Source of the DNA: Octopus sinensis
Taxonomy: Eukaryota
Direction: 5' to 3'
Length of the DNA stretch: 64,000 nt
NCBI RefSeq assembly: GCF_006345805.1
Contig: NC_043013.1
Coordinates: 46,996,001 to 47,060,000, forward strand
The translations under genes were made by a program, and so were the position numbers. Numbering within the stretch: position 1 is the stretch's first letter; each line of letters opens with the position of its first letter. Below the pieces are notes generated by a model. The model saw only the letters and a list, made by a program, of their open reading frames with translations. It was not told the origin of the DNA and did not search any database. This document shows positions 37,961 to 51,810 of the stretch, in pieces.

Positions 37961-39688
37961 CTCGTTTCTTTATCGCTCAAACATGTATTGATGTTTTTCA
38001 TTGTTTCCCCCCATAAATACATCTATATGCTATAAAATTTAAAATTTGAAAAATTATGATTGTTTTGCAATCCCACTCCCTGCCTCCGATTGTTTCTGTT
38101 TATGATTTTAAATATTGGAGAGTCTGAGAATGTCATTGCTGACATTTATCCACAATGATTTAAAAAAAAGAGTTACATAAATAATAATTCATCTTAATAG
38201 CATTCTTTTCTGTTACAAAATGTTTTTTCTTACGCGCACACACGGCTTCGCTTGATTGAAGGGGGGGGGGGGTAACAATTTTGATTCTAAATTTTTGTTA
38301 TTGCTTATATTCCACAAATGGACCACGCATACTTCGGCATCATCATTCCATGATATGTGTTTAATGGGAGAAAAAAATTTGAAAAAAAAATCAATACATG
38401 TCAGAGTGAAAACGAAGGGTGTGTGTCGTGCTAGAAACAACAACCAAACCTCCCTTGAATTGTTTACCTTTACTTCTGAAAATATTTACAATATTTCCTT
38501 TTTTTAGCGAAAAGGTTCCTCATACGATTTTTAAGTTTTAAAAGGGGTCAAAAATCGGTCCAGATAGTTATTTTTGTAGGGCTTATAGTGTTCCAAACAG
38601 CTACAACAAAATCACTTCTTAATTCTTTTCCACAAAAATTATACCGGTATATAAGAAAAATTTCATTCAATAAATAATGTTTTTATATTACGTATATAGA
38701 ATAAACTTGAAATGAAAACATTACAATAGAGACTGTAAGACTTTGCAAATGAAAACGGGATACACCGCGATGAATGCAGCTATCATTTAAATTTGTAAAA
38801 AATTGGAGTTCAAAAATTCAATAAACTTCAGAAATCGAAATTATAGGAAAATTTTCGAGAACATGAATTTATAAAAAAAACTTCAGATGGTCAGACTTTT
38901 AATAATTGCTTTCTTTTAGCAACTGTCACATACCTAATTAATTAGCAGCTCTCCCCATTATAATAAATATAACGCCCTCACAGCTCTAGCTTTTCAATAA
39001 TGTATAGATATAAGGCATCGAGCTTGCAGGATCGTTAGCATTATCAGTATCCCCTGTTTACTCACGTTCGTTTAATTTTATTTTATTTATGTTTTTATCC
39101 ACTTACTTTTTCATTTCTTCTTTTTTTTAATATTAATATAATTTAATTTATTATATTTTGTTTATGTATTTAATTATTTAATTCCATTTATTTATCTGTT
39201 TATTGTATTAGTTTCATATTTTTAGTTTATGGGGATCTTATTCTGTCATATGTTGTGGTCTGTGGGGTATGTGTGCTAGTGTTCCATTCCAGTTTTCTAT
39301 TAAGGCTAGGTTTATCTTCTATTATGTGTGTAGCTTCCTTAATTTATCTATGCGCTACGTCCGTTCTATGTGTGGACAAGATTTTAACTTCTATGTTGTT
39401 GAGTGAGCCCCCGTGTTCCCGCACCGCGAGCTGGAATAAAACCGATGATCTCTTCATTTTTTTAAGTTCCCTCCAATACTCATTTACTTTCTCTCTCTCT
39501 CTCTCTCTCTCTCCACTATGCACCGTGATGTTTCCCCTGCGTACGTCGTAGTCTTGTTTCTGCACGGTCCCTCTATCCCTCTACACCTCTATAAATAGAT
39601 AGAGAGACAGACAGACATATAGATAGATAGACAGATAGGTAGATAGATAGATAGATAGATAGATAGATATAGGTATAGATAGATAGAC

Positions 39689-39770
<82 letters not shown>

Positions 39771-40329
39771 TATATGGATGGAAGTACATTCACCTTATAC
39801 ATTCAATGTGTCGGTAATAAGAAGTAGAGGTGAGACTGCTCACAGTTTATTAACCGCTCCTTAGTGATAATGTACTTGGCTTCTTCCTCTGAGCAATATC
39901 ATAGGTCAACTGTTATATGAGGCAGTCCTAAAATAGGCTAGCGCATTAATGGAAAAACCGAATTTTCTTGTATTGGTTTTTAAACTCTCCCCACTTATTA
40001 AACGGTGTCTTTACAACAGAGTGTAAATTAGTTCTGAAATAAATTTAAATGCTACGATATGTTACAAGGGGTGTAGTAAGAGCGTCAATACATTCTTATT
40101 CACCCATTGTGAGGCTTTCTGATGTATAGATGCACTTCGGTTCTTCTGTATTACGCTGTACTGTGGTTAATACACACACAAACGCACACACACACACACA
40201 CACACACACATACATACACCACACACACACACACACACACACCACACACACATACATACACACACACACATATACGTATACATATATATATATATGTGTG
40301 TATGTAGAAAGATGTACATATATATATGT

Positions 40330-40640
40330 TCTGTTATTCTTTTGCTTATTTCAGTCATTTGACAGCGGCTTTGCTGGAGCACCGCATTTACTTGAACTAA
40401 TCGACCCCAGGACTTATTCTTTGTAAGTCTAGTACTTATTCTATCGTCTCTTTTGCTGAACTGCTAAGTAAACATACGACGGGCTTCTTTCAGATTCCGT
40501 CTACCAAATCCACTCACAAGGCTTTGGTCGGCCCGAGGGTATAGTAGAAGACATTTGCCCAAGGTGCCACGCAGTGGGACTGAACCCGGAACCATGTGGT
40601 TGGGAAACAAGCTTCTTACCACACAACCACAATTGCGTCC
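40330..40640 (-). mobile_element. SINE family 2 with internal deletion
   Basis: TTTCAGTCATTTGAC tail joined to GACGGGCTTCTTTCAG...CCAAGGTGCCACGCAGTGGGACTGAACCC. Confidence 0.85.
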
Positions 40641-40673
40641 ATATATACACGCACACACACACACGCACACACA

Positions 40674-40704
<31 letters not shown>

Positions 40705-40836
40705 TACATATATATCATTGTGTCTGGGGAGAGTTACTCTCTTTTAGTGACTTATTACTTAACACAGTCACTGCTTCGATTTCTACTCATTTACTTATTT
40801 ATTTTTCCTAAAAGTTTCATTGAGTCTTGCAACCTT

Positions 40837-40908
<72 letters not shown>

Positions 40909-41015
40909 TATATATACACACACACACAAAAATATATATATATATATATACATATATACATATACATACATACATGCATACATGCATACATACATACATA
41001 CATACATACATACAT

Positions 41016-41046
<31 letters not shown>

Positions 41047-41113
41047 TACATACATACAGGTGAGAATATAAATGCAAAAGAAGGTGGAAAACAGTGCTCA
41101 AGTTTTCCATCAC

Positions 41114-41155
41114 AACTGTCCGACGAAAGGGAACGTGAAACTCTGAGTAGCAGTT
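41114..41155 (+). ncRNA. Type I hammerhead-like motif (family D; CCGACGA core)
   Basis: AACTGT CCGACGA aagggaacgt GAAA C TCTGA GTA GCAGTT; helix I extends into CACAACTGT/GCAGTTTTGTG; palindromic ACTC-T-GAGT helix III. Confidence 0.55.
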
Positions 41156-41280
41156 TTGTGATAATTTTTCAGCTTTAACATATATATATAAATTTAGATT
41201 CAGATTAATTAGGGACTTAAGTTGAGGTACCAGAATTTAGTACAGTACTATCCATATAGTTTCAAAATAAGGTTATTAAA

Positions 41281-41464
41281 ATCAAAATAAGCGACAGGAT
41301 ATCCAGAGGTAATGCAGTACGATCGTTTCAAGCGACTCCATTTAATTGCAGCTGAGGATTGCTCTGCATTTAAATTGATGTAATGGTTGCATTGTACAAT
41401 TTAATAGAGTCGCTTGAAACGATCGTACTGCATTACCTCTGGATATCGTGTTGCTTATTTTGAT
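41281..41464. repeat. Inverted repeat (~68-bp arms); inverted pLTR-like structure
   Basis: 41281-41348 pairs with 41397-41464. Confidence 0.9.
41347..41432 (+). ncRNA. Type I hammerhead ribozyme motif with canonical core (family C)
   Basis: TGCAG CTGAGGA [long helix II] GAAA C GATC GTA CTGCA. Confidence 0.7.
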
Positions 41465-44250
41465 ATATAAATAGATCGATAGATAGCTTGATAAACAGGC
41501 AGACGCATGCATGCACGTGCGATTATATACATATATATACTTAAGGTGCCTCTTCTTTGAGTGTAATTGCTAAAACTCAGTGGTTAAATACTCCTCAAAC
41601 TACACACTACCGTCTTAAATTAAAATACATTTCAGAACGCAAACTAGAGTGCGTTCATCTGTATGAATGTAAAAGTTCTTTGGTCAAAGTTGTGCCTTTG
41701 CTTCACACACACAACACGCATATGTATATATAAGTGTATATATGTGTGTGTGGATCTGTGTGTGTGGACCTGTGTGTATGTGTGCGCGTGCGTTTGCGTG
41801 TGTATTGAAAATAGACGAAATATATACTTATGTAATCTGACGATCTCAGTTTTAAAATGATATTCATGAATTCAGAATAAATAATGTTATGATTACATGA
41901 TTCTATAACTAGCTGTTGAGGCTGTTGGAATTTCCTTACGCAATAAATAGGTGTTGTCAGTAACAAGGGACGTAATAAATGAGTGCTACTGACAGTAAAA
42001 GGTATGGTAAAGAGGGAAATATTCATTTTCTTCAATCATTAATAATAACTGTTAGTTAATTAAATGCGCATATTTAAGTGTGCTCAGTATTTCTTTTCTT
42101 TAACTGCATTTATTCCTATGTTTTGATACTACATTAATATAATAGAAAATTTTAACATTCTGCTGTTGATTCCCAGAACGTGTCTATAGATTCACAGAAA
42201 CATATTTGTCTACAAATGGGAAATCGAATTTGTTCGCAATGCAGTGTCATTCGCTTTTTTTTTTGTTTTTTTTAAAGGTTATTCTGTTTTATCGCTCTAT
42301 ATCCTGAGCATATCATTTCATAATTAATATTTCCTAACCCACAAGCAATATCACTTTTTTTTTTTCTTTTTTGATACATTCTTCTTGTTTAAAAGGGAAT
42401 TCTGAAGCTTTAATTTAAAAAAAAAAGAAGAAAACACACGCATTTACATCATCTACACTTTTTGACTGTTGGTTTTTGTTGCTATGAAATGTAATTCAGC
42501 ATCTGCAAATATTCGCGTTAATGTTTGATTTTGCTTTTTACTTTTTCTCCGTATGCGCTTGTATAATCCAAAGTCTTCCTGGCGGCCTATTTCAACTTCG
42601 GTACATTTTAAACAACAATATTATAGGCTTTGTTGTTTCCTAGATTGTGAGTAAAGACATGTGGTGATATGTCTATTGTTTGGTTTTATTATTCTTAGTT
42701 TCTGCACATCAATTGTCCCGGTTCATTGTAGCCCATCTACTATTAAGAATGGTAAATAACGTTTATAGATGAGCATCACTTTATGTTCACGGGGTTGTAT
42801 ATTGAGTGTTATTATATTGGGCATAAATTGTACATGTCTTTCGGCTAAATTAAAAGGCATATTATTCGAGTGTATTTCGAATGATACAAGGTAAGCAACT
42901 ATATGGCTGTAACTTTGAAGAAATAGGCGTCTGATTTCGATTATTGATTGTCATTTACTAAAGTATTTAAAAGTGAATGCTATTCATTATTCTACTGAGT
43001 AGTATTTTAAATTCATCTAATGTAGCTTTAATGCCAAAGAATAAAATAATCGAGTTCTTGTTTCATATATTGATAAAAATAATCTCCATAGTTTCGTAGT
43101 AATTCTTGTTACAAAACAATATCTCATGACTAAATTCGAATAGTCTGGGACTACTTTCGTCTCCAACCGGCATTTTTTCAGTAATAGTTGACGTCTTTTT
43201 TTTTTTCCTCTATAGTTTTGTAGTCCTACATAATTTTCCAACCGCTCCCATTTCCTAGATGTGAGGGATGTTTGTATTCAAATTCACTACATTAAATGAT
43301 GCAAATATTTTTTATCGATCATTTGAAGAGGTGGATAAACATATCTAGATCAGCACTGATGTGATTTTTTAAAAAATGGCTTCAATATGATGTCTTAAAA
43401 ATAACTCAGGCGGGAGTGGGGCACAATTTTTAGGCCAGTTGTTATTTGTCGCCATTTTAAATCGATTGGTGAAAGGATATTAATGCATATTCTCGCGGAT
43501 TCATGGTATGCTTCACTTATTTTATGTTGTGAATTTTTGTTAAGCTATAGAAAAAGCCTAGATTTACATTTGAAATTAATTATGTAATCACATTCTAAAT
43601 CTATCAATCCTTCAAGGTTTTCAGTGCAACAAACTTGTAAAATTCGTCACTACGTTCTGTTGGCTGTAGATTTTAAACAATTCGTCGTGTACATCGTCTA
43701 CACCATAGTTAAAACTAGAAATATATAATATTCAGTATCCATCAATATAACTTTATCAACAACTTAAATTCTCAATTCAGTCACATTTTTCAATGCATTT
43801 ATTTTTTTTCCCCATTCAGTAGTACTGAAGCTTCACATCATTCTTTGTTCATCTCTGGTATTATATTGAAAACTAAAAATATAATTACAAAATTCACCAA
43901 GGGTTTTATTCCGACTTTTGAGTGAAGTACAGTTACTTTTGATCATGACAGAGTAATAAATTTATCAAATATATATGTGTATATGGATGCACTAACACAC
44001 ACACACACACACACCACACACACACACATACATACAATCACACACACAGACGTTATACAGTATTGATACCCCCACCAAAAAGAAACGGGGTTGTTATTCT
44101 ATGCTTATAAATCAAACATACGTTTCGACTTATATTTCGACAAATTAATACACTTCCTCAATGTTCAGCAAGATATACCCGCAACGGAACCCGAAAGATG
44201 GTTAAGTATAGCGTTCAGTGTATATATTCTCCGGATAAGTTATCTATTTA

Positions 44251-44282
<32 letters not shown>

Positions 44283-44341
44283 TCCAGCCTCTCTCTCTCT
44301 CTCTTCCAGCCTCTCTCTCTCTCTCTTTATATATATACATA

Positions 44342-44741
44342 CTAGCAGTATCGCCCGGCGTTGCTCGGATTTGTAAGGGAAATAACTATATAAGCATTTT
44401 TAGAGAGTTATAGCCAAAAAATAGCAAAAAAATGCACTAAAAATGGAAAATAAATGATGGTAAATTTTTTTTTAAATCGTTGACTAATCGTAGACATTTT
44501 TAGAGAGTTACTTCCCTTATGTAATAGCGAAAAAATGCATTAAAATGGAAAAAAATTATGGTAATTTTTTTTTAAAAATCGTAGACTCATCGTAGACGCG
44601 CGCTAATACCCAGAAGGGCTCGATTTGAATCATGACTATAAGATACCCGGTTTTTGGTTAAACTGCACCGCAAAATGTGGGAGTAGTTAGGAATCTAAAT
44701 CGTAGGAGATAGACACACAACTTCACTTTTATATATAAAGA
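44342..44741 (-). mobile_element. Non-autonomous Helitron, copy 2
   Basis: Same TC...CTAG termini, A|T target and internal duplication as 21642-22035. Confidence 0.8.
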
Positions 44742-44919
44742 TATATTCCAAGAAAGTCAGAGGTTGTGAATCCAACCAACTGAGGGACAATATCTATCCA
44801 ATATACTGCTGATAGAATACCCAATTATTAATACACAATTGTTTTTTTCATTGCATGGAAATTACACTACTGAATGTAATAAATGGGTTAGGGTAAAAAG
44901 TTGTTTTACCCTTAATTTA

Positions 44920-45330
44920 TACAGCAATAAGAAAATGGAGGACTTCAAGAGGTAATATTCATCAACTTTTAGATATTATATTATGTCTATTTTTAAAAAA
45001 ACAATTATAACAATTTACATATATGTATAACATGCTTTACATATATAATATATAAAATATGAAAATACCAGTAATTGTTAAAATATATAACGTAGAACAT
45101 AGAAAGTAGAATAGTAAAATAGTTTCTTTCTATTTTTTACGTTATATATTTTAATAATTACTGGTATTTTTATATATGTAAAGCATAGGTTATACATGTA
45201 TGTATATTGTTATAATTGTTTTTTTTAAATAAATAAATGAATGAATAAATAAATAAATAAATAGACATATTATAATGTCTAAAATTTGATGACTACCACC
45301 TGTTGATCCCCTCCATTTTCTCATTGCTAT
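44920..45330. repeat. AT-rich foldback element (~190-bp imperfect arms)
   Basis: GCAATAAGAAAATGGAGG...AAAATACCAGTAATT / AATTACTGGTATTTT...CCTCCATTTTCTCATTGC. Confidence 0.75.
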
Positions 45331-46528
45331 ATTTATATATGTCATATAAATATATATGAATATACCTTTTCAGATTTTGCATAATGTGATGTAAGCCTTT
45401 GGTACAGCAATTGCATGCGGCTGAAGAGAGCTTTAAACCATCTATTATGTCGATTATACATTGATGTAAGGATAGGTTGTTTTATAAAGCTTGAAACACG
45501 TGTACCGTGACATCCTTTGTGTTCTCTTTTTTATTTCATTTGATGCATATATATGAATATATATATATGTCATATAAATATATATGAATATATATATCTC
45601 AGATAAATATATATGAATATATATATATATATGTCATATAAATATATATGAATATATATATAAAATCATAAATATACAAAATATATCTATGTTAATCAGG
45701 TGCTATACACCCATGATCAATAAATTATAGTTAACCCAGGTTACATGATGGATTTAACACTGATGAGAAATGCATGAAGCCACAACACACGAAAGTGATT
45801 AAAATATCTAGTCTTATTTGAGATGCGAGATACCTTATTTAAAGAAGAATGTCCAGAAATCATGGTACCCGCAGGGTGCTTAACTTCCGGTAGGAGCAGA
45901 AGCAAGCACCCAATGCCAGTCTAACTATAAACCTCTAATTTTTTACAGTTGAAACACACATTCCATGTGTACGTACATACACGTGTGTGTCTGTGTGTGT
46001 TAGTGTGTGTCTGTGTATTTTGGACTAAACCGAATGACACACCTAGTTTATTTGTATTTGTATACAAATTTCAGTAAAAATATAATCTGCAAACGTACAT
46101 ACATACGTACATATATATGCATATATACACACTCACAGACAGCTCTGTGAAAGTGTACATATACACATTCTGGTTATATTTTCCAGTAGATAAAGAACAA
46201 ATTTGTAAATTAGAAACATGATTTATGTATTGGAAGATAAACATCAGTAATGTATTTTAAGTATGTACGTCTGTATGTTTGTATGTGTACGTATACAAGT
46301 GGATCCAGATGTTTTGACTTAGGTGTGGTATATATGCATCTGTTTGTTGGTGTACTTAATTATTATAACGTAAACCTCTGGTATAATATCTTGCATTTCT
46401 GTAGTTTCATTATGTATGCACGATGTTTTTGTTGAGTTTATTTCAGCTCTTAAGAGAGTTCAAGCCGGTCATTGACAACACAAGAGTTTTTGAGTTCAGA
46501 GATTTCACGATGTTTGTAAATATGTGCT

Positions 46529-46945
46529 GATCTTTTCGGTTTGAACGGCAGATTTTCTAGCGGTGTCATATGAAATTGTCACCCATAATTATGGCCCTAG
46601 TATTGATCTATTGCATTTCAATCTGTTTTACGGTTAGGGTTAGGGGTGGGGGGACGGGTATCTTTTTTTCTTCACAAATGTAAATAAACCCAATCTGTTT
46701 CTTAAACGAAGGACATATTCATACAGCACAGAATGTTGTTTTACCTCAATGGACGTCATTGATTGGTTGAAATTGCAGAAATTGAAGAAAACAAAAACAA
46801 CAAATATCTTACAAACCATAGAATTTTCTCAATAAAGCCAAAAGAAAAAGATGTTTTATAAACACATTCTACCAGTATACGAAGTTTAAGATTTTTTAGT
46901 TACCTAGAAATTATGTTAAAAACTGCCGTTCAAACCGAAAAGATC
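46529..46945. mobile_element. MITE, copy 2
   Basis: Same TIRs and interior as 3297-3706. Confidence 0.9.
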
Positions 46946-46949
46946 CATA

Positions 46950-47215
46950 TATGCTTGAGTTGGTGTGTTGGTTGAATGCGATGCATACACCCAATTATGT
47001 TCACGTAAGAATCTCACATGAAGAATTTTTAGAATATCTTACACATCTTCATAGTGCCACTCATAGATTGAATTTGGAGAATCCGTGTCAGTTTCTTGTA
47101 CTCTTTCTGAGTGAAACCGATTAGTTCTATGTTGTTGTGCAAAGTTGTTCGTACATAACCTAAGGAACCTATGATTAGAGGTACAAATGAGAATTCATAG
47201 TCAGGGTACATGAGC
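46950..47215 (-). mobile_element. RLE-type LINE C-terminal fragment
   Basis: YPDYEFSFVPLIIGSLGYV...LQIQSMSGTMKMCKIF; homologous to 61938-63000. Confidence 0.75.
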
Positions 47216-47607
47216 AATATGTATGTACGTCTGTATGTATGTATGTATGTATGTATGTATGTATGTATGTATGTATGTATGTATGTATGTATTTACGTCT
47301 GTATGTATGTATGTATGTATGTATGTATGTATGTATGTATGTATGTATGTATGTATTTACGTCTGTATGTATGTATGTATGTATGCATGTATGTATGTAT
47401 GTATTTACGTCTGTATGTATGTATGTATGTATGTATGTATGTATGTATGTATGTATGTATGTATTTACGTCTGTATGTATGTATGTATGTATTTATGTAT
47501 GTATGTATGTATTTACGTCTGTATGTATGTATGTATGTATGTATGTATGTATTTACGTCTGTATGTATGTATGTATGTATGTATGTATGTATGTATGTAT
47601 GTATGTT
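47216..47607. repeat. (TATG)n with recurring TTTACGTCTG interruption
   Basis: Six copies of the interruption at irregular spacing. Confidence 0.9.
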
Positions 47608-48185
47608 ATGTCAGGTCACTTCCGAGTGCTACTGGTAACATGTAACCCAGTACAACCTGTTGCATGGTTGGGCTGTCGGCGACTAAACCGGCAACCCCAC
47701 CAAGCTTGCTTGGTGAGGAGGGTGTTTATTGGACATCCTGTGGGATGAAAAACAAAACCCGTTAAAGGGCGGAGGAACTCTTGAGAGTCAACGGCCATCC
47801 AATAAATGTCTTAAAGCTGTATCATGCGCGGGGACATAGAAATAATCAGACTGAATACCCGATCGCGCGGTTAAACCATTGGGAGTGAAGAACTCCTAGT
47901 CTTTGTTAGGGCATCCTTCTGGGAGAAGGTAACTCAGGTAACTGGGATAACTCCGACATAAAACCTGCGGCTCAGTGGTTACCGATGATGTTGACTTGTT
48001 CTTCTTTTCGGATTATGGTTGTTGTTGCTTAGTGAGTGGGATTGACTCAGTGCAAAGCCTTTCCTCACTTAAAAAATCTTCTTGCACAGGCATTGCACGA
48101 TAACAACATTGTTCATGATTGTTGATAGTGCTGTGAGTTTCAGCTGAATGACTGGATTTAGCCTTAAAAAGCAAATAAAATTCAC
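47608..48185 (+). mobile_element. RTE-like leader/non-autonomous element, copy 2
   Basis: Starts ATGTCAGGTCACTTCCGAGTGCTACTGG directly after (TATG)n; homolog at 27745-28220. Confidence 0.6.
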
Positions 48186-49245
48186 ATTCGATCACAGCAC
48201 CAATAACAGTTTAGACTCGTGCAGTGGTCATACTCGATAACGAGGGGGCAGCCATCATCATGTATGTATGTATGTATGTATGTATGTACGTATGTATGTA
48301 TATGTTGTATGTATGTTTCTGAACTAATTGGTTTTGTATGGGAGAACCTTGGTGGTAGTGTGCAAACTTTAATTGACTTCAAATTCCAGCGCATCATTGC
48401 TGACAGTCATTAGCTTTAGCGTCTTGCATAAGGGGATTTGTCAGTGATGGTCATACTCATTACAATTTGAAATTCACCAAGTATGCATCTCTCAATGTAT
48501 ATAAAAATGGATCACCTGTGGTTTCGACGATGAGCATTTGAGGAACAACTGTAGCGTCTACCTGACGAGCTAGCAGTTAGCATGCCGGACAAAACGCTAC
48601 TCGGCATTTCATCGGCCTTTACGTTCTAAGTTCAAGTTCTGCCAAGGTTGTCTTTGCCTTTCATTCCTTTGGGGGATGATAATATACGTGAACGCTGCTA
48701 CTGATCTATCCTTTCCTCGAAATTGCTGCCCTTGTGCCAAAACATGAAAGCAGTATCTACCTATGAATTAAAATGAAACCGACTGAATATTCCACTGATT
48801 CTTGTACCCTTGAATCCCTTTTCTGAATCAACATGAGAATGTGTGACAAGGATGTACATTTGATTCGAGGTATAATCAAGCCTAGAAATGTTATCACAAT
48901 GCTTGTCTACCCATTTACCGATGCATATCTATTGAACCAAGACAATAAATAAACATGAAGTGTATATATTTTCCGAACCAAGAAACTAAATCCGAAGTAT
49001 CCATTAATCCATTAGGTAGTAAAGCATCGGGAATGATAGTCTCATTAAGTAAGCCAAACCTGTGAACATGTATCTTTCAAGTAATATAAAATAAATACAA
49101 CACGGATTCGAAAAATGGTCCATGTCCACAAATATTCTGTTGACTTTAATTAATTTTCCCTTCACGATCTATTACATTTACACCTGTCTGCCTATATATG
49201 TATATACCTGATGATGTGTGTGTGCTTCTGTATGCATATACATGT

Positions 49246-49319
<74 letters not shown>

Positions 49320-49414
49320 GTATGTACATGGTTATGTATTTATACGTATGTATACGTATGTATGTGTACACCACCTATCTTCATCTTTTGCTTTTCCGTG
49401 AATTCTCCCCCCCC

Positions 49415-49454
<40 letters not shown>

Positions 49455-49458
<4 letters not shown>

Positions 49459-49660
49459 AGAGTTAACAAAAGAAAAAAACAAAAGACGAAGACAGGTAGT
49501 GTACAAAACAAACAAACAGATGTATTAGTATAACGCTCAGGAATAGAAAAAATCTTTTATGTTTCGAGCCTACGCTCTTCTACAGAAAGGGACACAGAAA
49601 AACCAAGGAGAGAAACAAGGAGAGGAAAAATGTGTGCAGTGGCTAACGATCTATCATGTC
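49455..49660 (-). mobile_element. Short repeat family A with hammerhead-like motif (49554-49589)
   Basis: Minus strand CTTT CTGTAGA A GAGC gtag GCTC GAAA C ATA AAAG. Confidence 0.6.
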
Positions 49661-49996
49661 ACATACATAAGCACATATCCATATGTGTACATATTTTATT
49701 TGTGAGTTAAAATGGCTACCGATGGTTTGAATGATTTCCAAAATAGAGACAAATATCATGTAAGCACGCTTGCTACTTGTAAAGATGCAGTCGCATGAAA
49801 CCATTGGTAGCCTTGTTGAAACGAAAACCCAAAATAGAATATTTATCTACTATTCCCACAGATCGGTATCAGATTAGTTATGTATGTATGAATATATGTG
49901 TGTATGCCTGTCTGTATGCATGCATACATACATATACATGCATGTATGTGTGTATGCATGCATACATATACACAAATTCACAAATGTAAATGCCTC

Positions 49997-50078
<82 letters not shown>

Positions 50079-50254
50079 TATATGTGTGTGTGTGTTTGTG
50101 TGTGTATTTAAAGGGCTATATATATATATACATGTATAAATATATTTATATTTACACGTATAGTTATATTTATTAAATACAAGAGTATATATATATATGT
50201 ACTCTTGTATGTAATAAATATAAATATGTACATATGTGTATATATAAATATTCT

Positions 50255-50418
50255 TTTATTTGTTTCAGTCATTTGACTGCAGCCATGCTGGAACACCGTC
50301 TTTAGTCGAACAAGTCGACCCCAGGACTTATTCTTTGTAAGCCTAGTACTTATCGGGGTTATTTCGAACCGCTAAGTTGCAGGTACGTAAGCATCGATTG
50401 TCAAGCGATGATGGGGGA

Positions 50419-50471
<53 letters not shown>

Positions 50472-50600
50472 ACATATATAATATATACGACGGGCTTCTT
50501 TCAGTTTGGGCGGCCCAAGGATATAGTAGAAGACACTTGCCCAAGGTGCCATACATTGGGACTGAACCCGTAACCATCTGGTTGGAAAGTAAGCTGCTTA
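50255..50600 (-). mobile_element. SINE family 2
   Basis: TTGTTTCAGTCATTTGACTGC...GACACTTGCCCAAGGTGCC...CAGCCAC. Confidence 0.85.
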
Positions 50601-50628
50601 CCACCCAGCCACGGCTGCGCCTATATAC

Positions 50629-50663
<35 letters not shown>

Positions 50664-50689
50664 GATATATATCTATATAATATATATAT

Positions 50690-50721
<32 letters not shown>

Positions 50722-50790
50722 GTGTGTATGTATGTATGTGTATATGTACATATCTTTACATACATACAAGCATATCTATATATATATGTA

Positions 50791-50836
<46 letters not shown>

Positions 50837-51479
50837 GGCACACATCTATAAAGATAGAGAGAAAGAAGGAGAGAGACTGAGCCAAAGCGACATACATGCA
50901 TAGATAAACATTGGTGTGTTTCGTTACACACGCACTCACAGGAAAATATGTCCACAAATCAAAGTAGACGTGATCCTGAAAAGCATTAGCATCAACATCC
51001 CTTGACTAGCCTAGAAAGCCCTGGAAAGGGGCTATAGAATGAAGCTGTCCTCCCTCTCACACCCATTAGGGTCACACTGCCAAGACCTGTCCACTTATAT
51101 ATGTTGTCAAGCCAGGGTTTCAAACTTTCATTCCTCGCTCTCTTTTAGCTTTACTTTGGACAATGTTTTGGACAAAATCACACACAAAGACACACACAGA
51201 CGCACACAAACACAGACACACACACACACACAGACACACACAAACACAGACACAACACACACACACAGACACCACACACACACACATACACAAACACTCG
51301 CTCTCTCTCCCTCCCTCCCTCACTCTCTCTCTCACTCAAACACATACACACTCTCTCTCACTTATCTGCCTCTCTCACACACACAGTGACCAGACGCATA
51401 ACACACATACCAGACACATATAAGTACATAGGTATGTCTGTGCGTGTATAGATACACATATATTCCTATATGCATATGC

Positions 51480-51545
<66 letters not shown>

Positions 51546-51629
51546 CTATCTATCTATCTATCTATCTATATATCTATCTATCTATCTATCTATCCATCTA
51601 TCTATCTATCTATATCTATCTATCTATCA

Positions 51630-51713
<84 letters not shown>

Positions 51714-51743
51714 CATCCATCGATTTATCTATATAGTTATCTT

Positions 51744-51810
<67 letters not shown>

